A DNA stretch of 64,000 bases from Eledone cirrhosa. Lineage: Eukaryota. Numbering within the stretch: the stretch's first letter is position 1; each line of letters begins with the position of its first letter. Below, piece by piece: positions 41,996 through 55,568 of this stretch. The notes beneath the pieces were generated by a model. That model saw only the letters and a list, made by a program, of their open reading frames with translations. It searched no databases and was not told the DNA's origin. The translations under genes and the position numbers were made by a program. Location of the stretch: positions 201,810,001 to 201,874,000 of the forward strand of contig OZ024742.1 of assembly GCA_964016885.1 (NCBI GenBank), in the 5' to 3' direction.

Positions 41996-43400
41996 AATAA
42001 TAATTGTTTCTACTTTTGGCACAAGGCCAGCAATTATCCAGTGCATTACTGGTACTTTATTTTATCGACTCCGTAATGATGAAAGGCAAAGTTAACTCTG
42101 ATGTAGGCATAAGACCAACGAATTTTTAGGGGGGGGGGGGGGGGGGGAATTGGTTTTAATCGATCCCAAGAACGTTGCTGTTTCTTTATTTTATCGACCC
42201 CGTAAGGATGAAAGGCAAAGCTAACCTCACCGGGATTTGAAATCAGGACAAAAAAGAGCTGTAACCCTATGTGGCAAAGCATGTTGTCCGAGGTTCTACC
42301 GATACTACCAATGCACTATCCTTGCTTTCTCGCTTAGTCTCAAGGTCAACACTTTGGGAGAGGGAAAGTCGATTATATCGTCAGAGTTCATTACTGGTTC
42401 TTTATTTTATTTCAACCCCGTAAGGTTGAAAGGCAAAGATAAACTCGGCGGGATTTGAACTCAAGAATAATTTCCACAAAGCCTTTTCTCCGCCACTCTA
42501 ACGACACTGCCAATCCACCACCCTTTAAAGGCGAAGTTGACCTCAGTGGGATTTAACCTCAGATCACAGTGACCCGAAACGAATACCACAAAGAATTCTA
42601 TTTGACGTTCTTATGACTAAGCCAATTCGCTGCCACTAATAATAATTGTTTCTACTTTTGGCACAAAGCCAGCAATTATCTCAGTACATTACTGGTACTT
42701 TATTTTATCGACCCCGTAAGGATAATAATTGTTTCTACTTTAGGCACAAGGCCAGCAATTACCCAGTGCATTACTGGTACTTTATTTTATCGACCCCGTA
42801 AGGATGAAAGGCAAAGTCAACCTCGGCGGGATTTGAACTCAGATCGTAAAGGGACGTAACTACGCTGGAAAGCATGGTGTCCGACCCTCCACCGATACTG
42901 CCAATCCACCCCGTAAGGATAATAATGATTCCTTATATAGGCACAAGGCTAGTAATTTGGGGGGAGGGGAAAGTCGATTATATCGACCCCAGTAAATTAC
43001 TTGTGCTTTATTTTATCGACCCCGTAAGGATGAAAGACAACGATAACGATGGTGTGATTCGAACGTAGAATGTCATGACTAAATATCGCAATGTATTTTG
43101 TCCGAATTTCTACCGATATCACCAAATCACAGCCCATGGATTTCTCATTTATACCCAAGGCCCGCAAATTTTAAAGTGGTTACTTTATTTTATTGACGCC
43201 AGAAGGATGAAAGGTAAATTTGACCTCGTAAAGATCTTTAACAAATACTACTCCATATTTCGTCGACACTTTATCAACTCTCGGTTTCTTATTTGACACA
43301 AGGTCAAACACTTTAGGTCAAAGGAAATTATGAGATGAAAGTCAATGTTGACCACAGCGGATTTTAACTTCGAACGTCAACGGCCGTAATTAAATATCGC
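41996..43400 (-). mobile_element. Cluster of roughly nine co-oriented tRNA-derived SINE copies or fragments
   Basis: Repeated ttttatcgaccccgtaaggatgaaaggcaaagt..cctcggcgggatttgaactcaga. Confidence 0.85.
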
Positions 43401-43419
43401 ATTTTTCCCCAGCATCCGA

Positions 43420-44590
43420 CTGAGCCCATGCTGGGGCACCGCCCTTGCTGCTATACGTTCTATCTCAAGCCTATGTTGGCTGGCCATTGGTGTAAGAAGG
43501 ATTTCGTTACTGTTGTCCTTAGGTTATCTTCGTATCGCGCTGTGGGCTTATCCGGGATCCTGGATAGCAGGGTGTAAAGATGTTTCTTGAAAACATCCAC
43601 GTCCACACCATGCAGGTCTCTCAAATTTATTGGCAGCTTGTTTAAGAGTTGAGGGCCTTTGAACACCAGTCTATTGCAATATCTGCTCCTTATTCTAGAT
43701 GTGAAAGACGGGACCTTTGGCACCACACAGTGACGTCCCGTTCGTGGGTTGGTTCAGCTCCCAATGCCAAAGTTTGGTGCTAGCCTCTCCAGGACTTTCC
43801 ATATCTATACCACTGCGTATCTCTCCCATATTCATTACAATGAGTAGAGTTTCAGATCTTTTAGCGTCTCCCAGTAGCTCATCTCCTTCATCGTGGCAAT
43901 CCTCTTGGTGTAGCTTCATTAAAATGCCTCAAGCTCGGTGCTTACGTTGATACTATGGGGTGACCACAGTTGGGAACAATAGTCCAGTCGGCTTAGGACA
44001 AATGTTCTCCATAGTATCAACATGGTCTCTCGGTCTTTTGTCCGGAAAGTCCACAAGATGCAGCCAGTGAGTCGTCTGCACATTGTCGCCACTCTCATGA
44101 TGTGTGAAGAAAATGATGAATCGTCACTCAGGACTCGTTTCGATTTCGACACAGGGATTTCGATCCCTCCTGGTCCCGTGTAGCTGTGATGTACTGTCTT
44201 TGTGTTAGCTAGTTGGTATTGTTGGGCTTGACATTTTTCAGCATTAACCTGCATGTTGTTGTCATTAGACCATTTATATATGGCCTCTAGATCTTGTTGT
44301 AAAAGAGCAGCATCAGCCGGGTTTTTGATTGCCTGTGCTACATTTGTGTCATCAGCATAGCTAGTGAGGGATACTGTATGTACTACAGAGGGCATATGTC
44401 TACGAGAGTCGCCCAAAACAGTAGTGGCTACAGGATTGTGCCCTGAGGCACCCCGCTTGTTATTGATGTTTCATTTGGGAGGACTCCATTGGCTGCAACT
44501 GACTGTCTTCTGTCTTTTAAGAAATCATGCATTCACTCACCTACTTTTCCAGTTATGCCGAGTCTGTGTATTTAGTAACATATACCGTGG
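43420..44590 (-). mobile_element. CR1/L2-like LINE RT 3' fragment
   Basis: SGVPQGTIL, SYADDT, LQQDL.AIYKWS..NNMQ.NAEKC, SRLDYCSQLWSP, GPQLLNKLP..LRDL. Confidence 0.85.
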
Positions 44591-44779
44591 TCGGCATGTC
44601 ATATATATATAGTAATAATAATAAATGACAAGACTAAAATCCAAAGAGGGCTCGATAAGGATAAATATATATCAAATATATAAGAACCCTAGAGCAAATA
44701 TTTATTAAAATAACAGATTAAAGTTTAAGCACCCTTAAGGGTGAAAGCAGCGATTCTTTGCTTAAACTTTAATCTGTTA

Positions 44780-44988
<209 letters not shown>

Positions 44989-45239
44989 ATGTATGTATAT
45001 ATATATATATTTATTAAAATAACAGATTAAAGTTTATATATATATATATATATATATATTACTCTATTACACTACACTATGCCCTTACGTGTTCCAGCCG
45101 ATAGGCTGAGGCCATGTTGGGGCACCGTCATTGATGCTTCACTTTCTATAGCCAACTTTCCCTAGTTCACCATTGGGAGTTTGTTTGGCCACCTTTATTT
45201 GCGCTTGGCCTTGTTTTGCGGTTCATACAGAAAATTTCC

Positions 45240-45445
45240 TGTCATTATTTTTCTCTCTTGCCCTGAAGTGTTTTACTGAGATGCTGAATGAGACTGGATT
45301 TAAGTATTAATGCAACAGCAGGGAAATCATCCATCTTTTGTATATGGACGATCTCAAAGTTTGCGCTGTAAATGAAATCCAAGTGGTAAGAGTACTGCAG
45401 AAAGTACACCGATTTACAAGAGGAATAACAGGAGCTTTGATGTAG
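45240..45445 (+). mobile_element. R4/Dong-type RT fragment
   Basis: IHLLYMDDLKV motif. Confidence 0.55.
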
Positions 45446-45453
45446 GAAATATA

Positions 45454-45735
45454 AAAGAAATATATTTCACCAATTAATCGAATGGTAAACCATAGAGGCC
45501 GGTACTTGGATTTTCAACAAGGAAAACACACAAGGTTAAAACACACTTGTGAATAGTGCAGTTTTAAATCAACATGTGTTGATTTAAAACGGCACTATTC
45601 ACAAGTGTTTTTTAACCTTCATATCATGTCTCCCTATTTTATCTGATGAAAACACAAATATTATTACATGATGATATTTGTTTTTGAAATGCGCATAATA
45701 AAATACGTGGAACTCTTTTAACCATCTTTTGATCT

Positions 45736-45745
<10 letters not shown>
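45454..45745 (+). mobile_element. 20632-family copy: upstream segment + built-in hairpin + HHR arm (HHR 45635-45705)
   Basis: tattttat CTGATGA..GAAA tgcgca TA ataaaata; collinear with 28578-28872. Confidence 0.85.
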
Positions 45746-45805
<60 letters not shown>

Positions 45806-45846
45806 ATGTGTGTGTATATATACATAGATATATGCATATATGTTTA

Positions 45847-45888
<42 letters not shown>

Positions 45889-45937
45889 TACAGACACATA
45901 TATACTTATATATATGTAAACATATATCTATACATGA

Positions 45938-45980
<43 letters not shown>

Positions 45981-46441
45981 GATATTTGTACTAAGATAGA
46001 GAGAAAGATAGAGAGCAAATGATAGCGTAATAAAATCGATCGTATAAACCGTTGGCATGACTTGATAACTTCCATCGTTTTAAAGAGATTACACAAGATA
46101 CACAACAGTTTCGTCAATGAAAAACAAATTTGAAAAACAAAATACACATAACAAAACCAAATAATTGAATTCAACCAAAACTGTTCCGGAAGTGGCCGGA
46201 AGTGCTGAAGTGATCTAACATCCCCTCCTCTGAAACCCAATAACTAAGAAAGGGATTTTCCATGAAGGAACTTAACATAAGATACTCCCTGCATACAGAG
46301 AACTCCTTGACAATAATGGACAGAATTGAATCGGTTCTAATTATTTCCTACCATCCTTTCGTACAAAAGTTTCCATAGAAGATTTTTCTTCAATGGAAAC
46401 TAATTGCAAAACTAATCGACTTTATTGAAAGATATTTTTCC

Positions 46442-46506
<65 letters not shown>

Positions 46507-46522
46507 GTGTGTATGTGTTTTG

Positions 46523-46553
<31 letters not shown>

Positions 46554-46571
46554 GTATCTATGTATGTAGGC

Positions 46572-46642
<71 letters not shown>

Positions 46643-46975
46643 TAAGTATGTATGCATGCTTATATATATATATATATATAAAATATATGAATATATAAAT
46701 AAATAAATATATATATTTCTATATATATATATATATATAAATAAATACATGTGCCTGTGTCTGTGTGTATGATCCTATATATATGTGTGACAGAATGTGT
46801 ATGGAAAGATAAATAGATATATAAAAAGAGAGGCACACACACATACACACGCCAACATATGAAGCCCTTTTGTTTGATATTGTTGTTGGTTTAGTGGTGG
46901 CGGGCGTTATTGTGCTTGATTTGTTTGTATATATTTCTTTTACTTCCGTATTTTATATCTATGTGTATATGTATA

Positions 46976-47077
<102 letters not shown>

Positions 47078-47078
47078 C

Positions 47079-47132
<54 letters not shown>

Positions 47133-47162
47133 ATATATATATCTATATCTATATGTATATAA

Positions 47163-47210
<48 letters not shown>

Positions 47211-47212
47211 AC

Positions 47213-47364
<152 letters not shown>

Positions 47365-47369
47365 GTATG

Positions 47370-47405
<36 letters not shown>

Positions 47406-50281
47406 ATTGCCTGTGTTTGTGCACATTTGCATGTTCGTATGTGTACATATACATGTGAAGGTATACACACACGGAAACACAGACAGACCCCCCCCCCCAC
47501 ATATATATATATGTATATATGTATATATATATATTTCCATAGTGTTTGTTTTTGTTTCCAGTCGGTTTAAAGGAATGCCGAATTCTTTTCTTAGATTTGG
47601 CTAACGTCAGTTTTCTTTACTTGTAATACTACGACAATCACTCTCATATTGTAACATAGGAATGCTTTGATCGAACAATATTGGAATCAATCAGTATCTA
47701 CCAGTCAGTTAATCAACATATCAACATAAGAACCGCTATATAAATCTCTGTATACTTACATACATACATATATATATATATACATACACAAACAGGAATA
47801 ATACATACATGCATTCATACATACTGACTGACATTCATTAATACATACATATAAACATACAGTGGTACATATACTTCTATATACACATCTATACGTGCAT
47901 GTATGTATATGTGTGTGTGTGTGTGTGTTTGTGTGTGTGTGCGTGCATGCGTGTGCATGTGTGTATGTGTGTATGTATATATGCATCTAAGTATGTCTGT
48001 CTTTCTGTCAGTATAAATGCATATTTGCATGTCTGTGCGTATGTATCTTCTTTTCATATGGAATATGCATATTGCTTAGAGAGATAGATTTAGATTGTTG
48101 AGCCAGTCTAAGGTGTGATTTGTAGTATTATGGATTGCCTTCAGGCCACCGGGCAAACATCTGGGTTTGGGAGGGAGGGGGGGAGACCTCTACAATATGC
48201 AGCATTGTCTGGTCAGGAAACCCACTACCACATGCTGGGCCGGCTTTCATTATCCATCAGTAGAGATGATGCGGATAATATTGGGCTGTCATAGCATGCG
48301 CTATGCACATTTGATTAGGAGACACCCATTGATTTCTAGTTAAAAGCCGGCTAGTTTAGTTGAGGGTTCCCGCTCGAGGTCTTGGCTGGGAAATCTGGAC
48401 TCATTGCATGATCTTCAACACTCTTGCTTCAGATCAAAATCTTGAAGGGTTTTCATTCATTCCCAGAACGGTTTGCGTCGCTTGTAGAGCATGCTGGAAA
48501 GGTTTTTCAGGTTTTCATGACACAGCACGTTCTTACATGCTGTGTCATGAAAACCTGAAAAACCTTTCCAGGAGCTATATGAAAAAGGTTAGGCAGTTTC
48601 TGAGTAGGTGTAGATTTCAATGTGCCAGATACTATTCTCATTACTGAGTTCAGGATGGTGCCAGCTTGCTTGGCATGACAGCTTACTGGCCAGAGTAGTG
48701 AACAGTACTCTGCAAATCATTGCGGAGACTGTGTGCATCAGACCTCCAGCTGTTTGCTGCTAACTTGTGGATGATATTAATCATTGCCTTGAGCAACCCT
48801 CTTTACGTCCTCTCGGTAGGTCAGGTTGTGATCCAATACTTTTATGCGTGTGTTATTTAGGAGTTTGAAATTTAGGAGTTTGAAATTTGAAATTTGATCC
48901 ACTTGATGACTTGTTTATTATTGGCTTTGTTTTCTGAGTATATTATTTAAGTATAAGGCATTCTATATTTACTATGCGTTTGTTCTAGGTATATCTATGT
49001 TAGTTTTATGTATTTGATGGTCATATTTGATTATCTACATATATATAAACATTCACTATATGTACTGTCTCATACATATTTCTGTCGTGGCACCTGGGGT
49101 CAATATTATGCAATCCCATCCTTAACGCAAGATTGCAGTTCTCAAGGTGTGTAAGACGGAGAAGATGAAGCTTTTGTTTGTTCGCTCCACGTATTTTGTT
49201 ATATTCTGTGTAAAACTTTGCTACTTGCTACTACTATAACACTTCGCGGAACACCTTCGTTTAACTAACTCTTTACTTACCAATGCAAAAACCCCCTCTC
49301 TATCTATCTCTCTTTCTTTCACTTTCTCTCTCTCATTAAGTTCATTGATGCTTCCATAGTTCCTGCCGTTTGCAAAACTTTCCTTTATCCAATAGTATGG
49401 CTTTCTATTTCTATTTCTTTACGTACTCGCTTTACTGTCTTAGTCTAAAGACACTCCGTAGTTTACCTCTGTCATTATGTTGCAACGTTTTCTCAACTGG
49501 ACTTTTCCGGTGGTATGCATGTATGTGTATGGATATGTGTGCGTAGTGGGTGTGTGAGTGTATGTGTATACATGTATATGTGTTTATTAGATTTGTGTGA
49601 TTAAGAAATTAAGCATGCGCTGAATAAAGGATTCAATTGATGTTTGTGTAGTCAATATGATATTGCTTTTTTAATAGTGACGGTTTACTGCCAAGTATTA
49701 TCCTGGAAAATTCGAAGTTAAGCAGTCATTACCAATAATGGATATTTCAACTCCCTCATATATATATGTGTATGTGTGTGTGTGTGTAAGTATGTCTGTG
49801 TATGTGAGTGTGTGTGTGTGTGTGTGTATGTGTGTGTATGTGTGTGTGTGTGAGTATGTGTGTGTATGTGATTGTGTGTATGCGTCTGTGTGTGTGTGCG
49901 TGTGTGTGTATAAAACTATGTGTGTATAAACATATCCTTATATACAGATAGAGAGTGGGATATAAGTGTGCGTATGTCTGTATATATGAATATATATGTG
50001 TGTTTGCATGTTTATGTGTACATCTATGCCTATATATATATATGTGTGTGTGTGTGTGAGTATGTGTGTGTGTGTGTGTGTGTGTTTGTGTGTTGAAAAT
50101 TAAAAAAACGTACCCTTAATATTTACCCTCGTCTGTAGTAGAATGTCTATAATATCAATTGTAACACATAAATCCTAAACAACTGTTACTTGTACAGACG
50201 GCGTCACACATTGAACTCATCCAGAAATGTGAAAATACTCTTCCCCCCCTCTCTCTTTCTCCCTCTGTATGTGTATATCTA

Positions 50282-50354
<73 letters not shown>

Positions 50355-50375
50355 GTATATATACGTATATGTACG

Positions 50376-50416
<41 letters not shown>

Positions 50417-50465
50417 ATATATGTGCGTGCGAGTGTGTGCGCGTGTGTGTGTAGTTTATATATAC

Positions 50466-50528
<63 letters not shown>

Positions 50529-50640
50529 AAAGTTGGACGGGAACAAAAACAGAGAGGCAGACAAATAAAGGTTTAATAGGTTCACTCTCTTGAGAGATTT
50601 ATATATATATGTATATATATATATCTATATATATATACAG

Positions 50641-50879
<239 letters not shown>

Positions 50880-50927
50880 TATATTATATATATATATTTA
50901 TACATATACATATATATATATATATAT

Positions 50928-51040
<113 letters not shown>

Positions 51041-51051
51041 CACATATATAC

Positions 51052-51099
<48 letters not shown>

Positions 51100-51372
51100 T
51101 ATATATATAAATATAAATATATATATATATGTATATGTATATATGTGTATATGTATATAAATATAAATATATATATATATGTGTATATCTGTATATATCA
51201 AAGGAGATCATCATGATGGAAGGAAAAAAGGAAAGATTTTGTAGAAAAATATTAACCGATTCGCTGAACAGAATCTATTAAGAATAGAATAAATTCGATT
51301 GATCATCGATCATCTACCAGACATTGAAAAAGCATCCTTCAGATATACTGCAGTTTCTGTTCTACCTCTAGT

Positions 51373-51467
<95 letters not shown>

Positions 51468-51987
51468 GTGTGATGCTTGAGTATGCACGTATGCATGTAT
51501 GCATATGTGTGCGTGTATTACATATGTATCTATGTAACACACAAACTCTCTTACTCTCTCTCTCTCACTCTCTTTATATATATATATATGTATGTATATA
51601 TAAACTCAAACTATGATATAAATACCTATGCTTGTATATACAAATAATATAGTACCGCAATATGAAACGAAATTATAGCGATTTCTTTACATTTTTGTTT
51701 TTATACAAATCCTCCGTGCTGCTGCAGACTTGTTATCGTTTCCGACATTGAAATAAATTATTGTTTTCGTTATTATTTTTTTCTGGTTATGTTTTCTTAG
51801 TTGTATTATTTCTCTTCCCTGCCACATAAACTGCCACCTATCAGAGCTAATAAGAGATTTTCCCCTCTTTGCGTAACCTCTGTAGAAAAAAAATGGTGCT
51901 ATATATAGAGCATCAATTTATATATATATACATATATATACATATAGCGTCAAATTATATATATATATATATATATATATAATGTCA

Positions 51988-52030
<43 letters not shown>

Positions 52031-52622
52031 GTCAATTTATATATATATATTCATTGATTTATTTTGTTCTCTGAGTGTTTTAAACGATTTGCACGGAAAT
52101 CATTCCCGTCTCTCTATCACTACACCTTAACAAATGTCTTACGTTACTCTAAATATTCGCTTCAAATTCAGGCAAACCAGTTTCATAGGAAAGATACTGA
52201 ATATTTTAATAACCCCAGGAAGATGAAAGGTAAATTTCACCTTGGCGAGATTTGAAACCAGAACGTAAATTCCCGGACACAAATGACTCAAAGAAAGCAT
52301 TTTGTCCGATGCTCTAAATTATCAAAGGCAAAGTTGACTTTGGTGGAATTTGAAGTCAGAAATTAAAGATTCAGAAGGAATGCAGATAAATATTATTCCT
52401 GTTGTTTAAACGATTCTGAATATCGAATACACAGAAACGACCGCAATAATAATCTGGTGTGATTCTGTAGTTAAGTAATTTACTTCTCATTGAAGTTGTT
52501 TGTATTTCAAACATTAATTCCTTCTACTCTAGACTCGTGAATGAATGTTGGTAAGCAGGAAAAGTGCTGGAGCACGTTGGTTATATAAGTATACAAGTAT
52601 AAGTTTCTCTCCCTGTCTCTCT

Positions 52623-52660
<38 letters not shown>

Positions 52661-52785
52661 TGTTATACTTGGGGGGGGGGGGCTCATACTGCCAATAAAA
52701 ACACACGTAACTATCGATGTGCAGTTCAATTTATTTTAAATTTCCAGTTCGTTGGTTCAATAACGGGATGGTTGTTCATACATTG

Positions 52786-52826
52786 TCAAAGAGTTTTCGT
52801 CACACATTCTGCGACCTCTTCAGTGA
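52786..52826 (-). ncRNA. Degenerate minimal hammerhead motif (PLE 3' remnant)
   Basis: Reverse complement: tca CTGAAGA g-gtcgca-gaatg-tgtgac GAAA actc TT tga. Confidence 0.55.
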
Positions 52827-53066
52827 GGTCAACAGCTTAAATAGAACGAAATGATTCTTCCCTGCTACTTCCACTATTAATTGTGAGACAACACTAAGAG
52901 AGAACGAAAGAAAACTACAGAGGAAAATGTGAACTTTTCTCTATATAAATATGTATGTAAAAACAATGTTTCCCATATTCTGATTGTTCTTATTAATATA
53001 CAATTCTAAATTAATACACAATTCTTAATTAATATACAATTTAATTGCATTATATACTTCCGTAAG

Positions 53067-53249
53067 AGCGGTGGATTGGCAGTATCGGTAGAGGGTCGAA
53101 CGCCATGCTTTGAAGTAGAGAGTTTACGATCTGAGTTCAAATCTCGCCGAGGTTGACTTTGCCTTTCATCCTTACAGGGTCGATAAAATAAAGTACCAGT
53201 AATGCACTGGGTAATTTGCTGGCCTTGTGCCTAAAGTAGAAACAATTAT
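53067..53249 (+). mobile_element. tRNA-derived SINE, full copy
   Basis: A box tggcagtatcgg, B box gagttcaaatctc, same body as 5021. Confidence 0.85.
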
Positions 53250-53780
53250 ATATTTCCGTCGTATGAAGAAACGTTGAAGCTGAAACCAGTAGAAATATTG
53301 CGAAAATTCCTATTTTGTAAATAAATTGTTTGATGTTATTTTAAGAGAAAATCCTCTCAGCATTTTCTACTGTTTTTTTTTTTTCTTTTTTACTATTATA
53401 TATGTATCCCGCATCACCAACACTGCCACCACAACCAACATTACCACCAATAACACCACCGCCACACCATCCCTACCATTCACCCTGGCAGCCCCCACTC
53501 TGACACACAGATGTTCTTTCTCCCCCACCACACACACTCCTTCAACCTCCGTCCCCTACACTCAATCTGACCGCTGATTATAAAACACACCCACACATCA
53601 TAGTTCTCTCTTAGAACTCTGCCACCACCATCTTCCACACGCAAATACACACACACGGATACACCAGTAATGGTTCAATTACAATACACTACACACCAAT
53701 ACATAACAATAACCACACATCTCTGCCAAACACACATACAAATATAACACGCGCACATACATACACAAGTGAGTCTAAAA

Positions 53781-54249
53781 CAGTGGTTCCCAAATTGAGG
53801 TCACCGTTCTCCTAGGGGACTGCGAAGCGATTTTGGGAGGACCGCGAAGGCTTAGCCAAATTTTCATGATATACTGTGATTGAAATGTTAAGGCCTTAGT
53901 CAGCCAATCGCAATCGCGTTAGTTTAGTAACAGCTGAGTGATTTCAAATCAATTCTGTATTACTGATGAGGAATCTATTTGAGTAAGTACATATTCAACA
54001 ATTTTTTCTATAAGAATGCATATCCATTTAGCAAAACCTCTCTATAGAAAGTATTGAACATAATAGCAGTTTGGGGCATTTTGATACTACTTAAATTAAA
54101 TCGTAGTAGAATTGTCATGCATTTCATAAAAGTTTGTCTTTGATAAACTTTGGCAATGCTGCCATTATATGATTGGGGACCACGAGGCATCCAAAAAAAG
54201 GCAAGGGGACCGCCCAGAAAAAACTTTTGTAAAAGTTTGGGAACCACTA
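53781..54249. mobile_element. hAT (Charlie-like) MITE
   Basis: TIRs cagtggttcccaaa / tttgggaaccacta; flanks gtctaaaa / gtatagag resemble an NTCTAGAN 8-bp TSD. Confidence 0.75.
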
Positions 54250-54663
54250 GTATAGAGGGATACGAGTATATGTGTGTGTACACATATACCTAAGTGTGTT
54301 TTTGAGCATATTCATCCGTGTTTGCGCGCGCGGTTGCATGTGTAAACACATTCACAAACACATCCACCAACAATACTCTTAACATCAACACATGCATCAT
54401 AATATGCACACAACCTACACATAACACCCAACTACACGTCTCGACAGTCACACCCACACGCCGGACCGAATATGCCTGTACTCTACCAGAGTATTGAGTA
54501 CGTTTTCTAACTGTGATTACCCTCTGATACAATTCAAGACCCTACATATATACACACACAAACACCCACACACACATATATAGAGTAAAAGAGAGAAACA
54601 TACATATCTAAATATATATATATTTGTGTGTGTGTGTGTGTATATATGTATATATGTATGTAT

Positions 54664-55076
54664 GTCAAGTTGCTCTTCAACGCTACTGGTAACATGTAAT
54701 CCTGTACAACATATCCATGTTCTGGTCGCCGGTGACTAAAACACTCCCCACCAAGCTTTCTTGGTGAGGAGGGTTGATCTGGGAGAAGGTCGCTCTGATA
54801 TAAAACCTGCAACATCATTTGCATTAAATGATGTAGACCAATTCTTCTTTTTGGGCATATGCATTCGATGTTTAGAGAGGAGGATCGGCTCCGTACAAAG
54901 TCTTTCTGCACCTAAAAAATAATTCAAGCACATGCATGTGATATGTAACATTTTTGCGATGCATGATTTTGGTGGTCATAGGCGACTCCCTAGCAGAACT
55001 AAAAAGCCACGTTCTGTAATGTTCTTGCTTAATCATAAAGCGATGGCATTACTCGAAATCGAGTTGCAGACATCAT
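54664..55076. repeat. Diverged, internally deleted copy of the ~600-bp repeat
   Basis: gctactggtaacatgtaa..ccccaccaag..cttggtgaggagggt..gagttgcagacatcat. Confidence 0.75.
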
Positions 55077-55112
55077 GATTGTATGTATGTAATTATGTAT
55101 ATATGTATGTAT

Positions 55113-55532
55113 GTTCTTCTGGTTTGATAATTTCTGGTTTTATAATTTCTGGTTTTATAATTTTATAATTTGTATGTATGTATGTTCTCTGATTTTATAA
55201 TTTCATAAATGTTTGCCAATAGAGAGAGTCGGTTTCTAACATAGACACAAGACTCTCTCATTGAAATGTACACAATATCAACTAGGTCGATATGTATGCA
55301 TGTGTGTGTAGGTATGGATGTTATGTGTATGTTTTGAGTTGTATGTGTGAATGTGTATACGCTTTGTATCTGTACATGTGTATATGCAGTTATTAGATGC
55401 ACAATTTTAGAACGTTTTAAATATTTTTACTGTTCCATTAATGGATTGTACTTGTAATTTCCAAACTAATTGTGTTCTTTCTCTTTCAGTGAAGCCTTGC
55501 TTTTCAAGATTTGTATTGAGACAGTTACTAAC
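55113..55532 (-). mobile_element. Short 3' fragment of an R4/Dong-type element
   Basis: Homologous to 55569-55935 (ORF end + 3' UTR). Confidence 0.8.
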
Positions 55533-55568
55533 ATATGTATGTTTGTATGTATGTATGTATGTATGTAT

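Noticed and set aside
41996-43400. CRISPR-like repeat array
   Set aside because: Units are long, irregular SINE copies; eukaryotic context; no cas genes.
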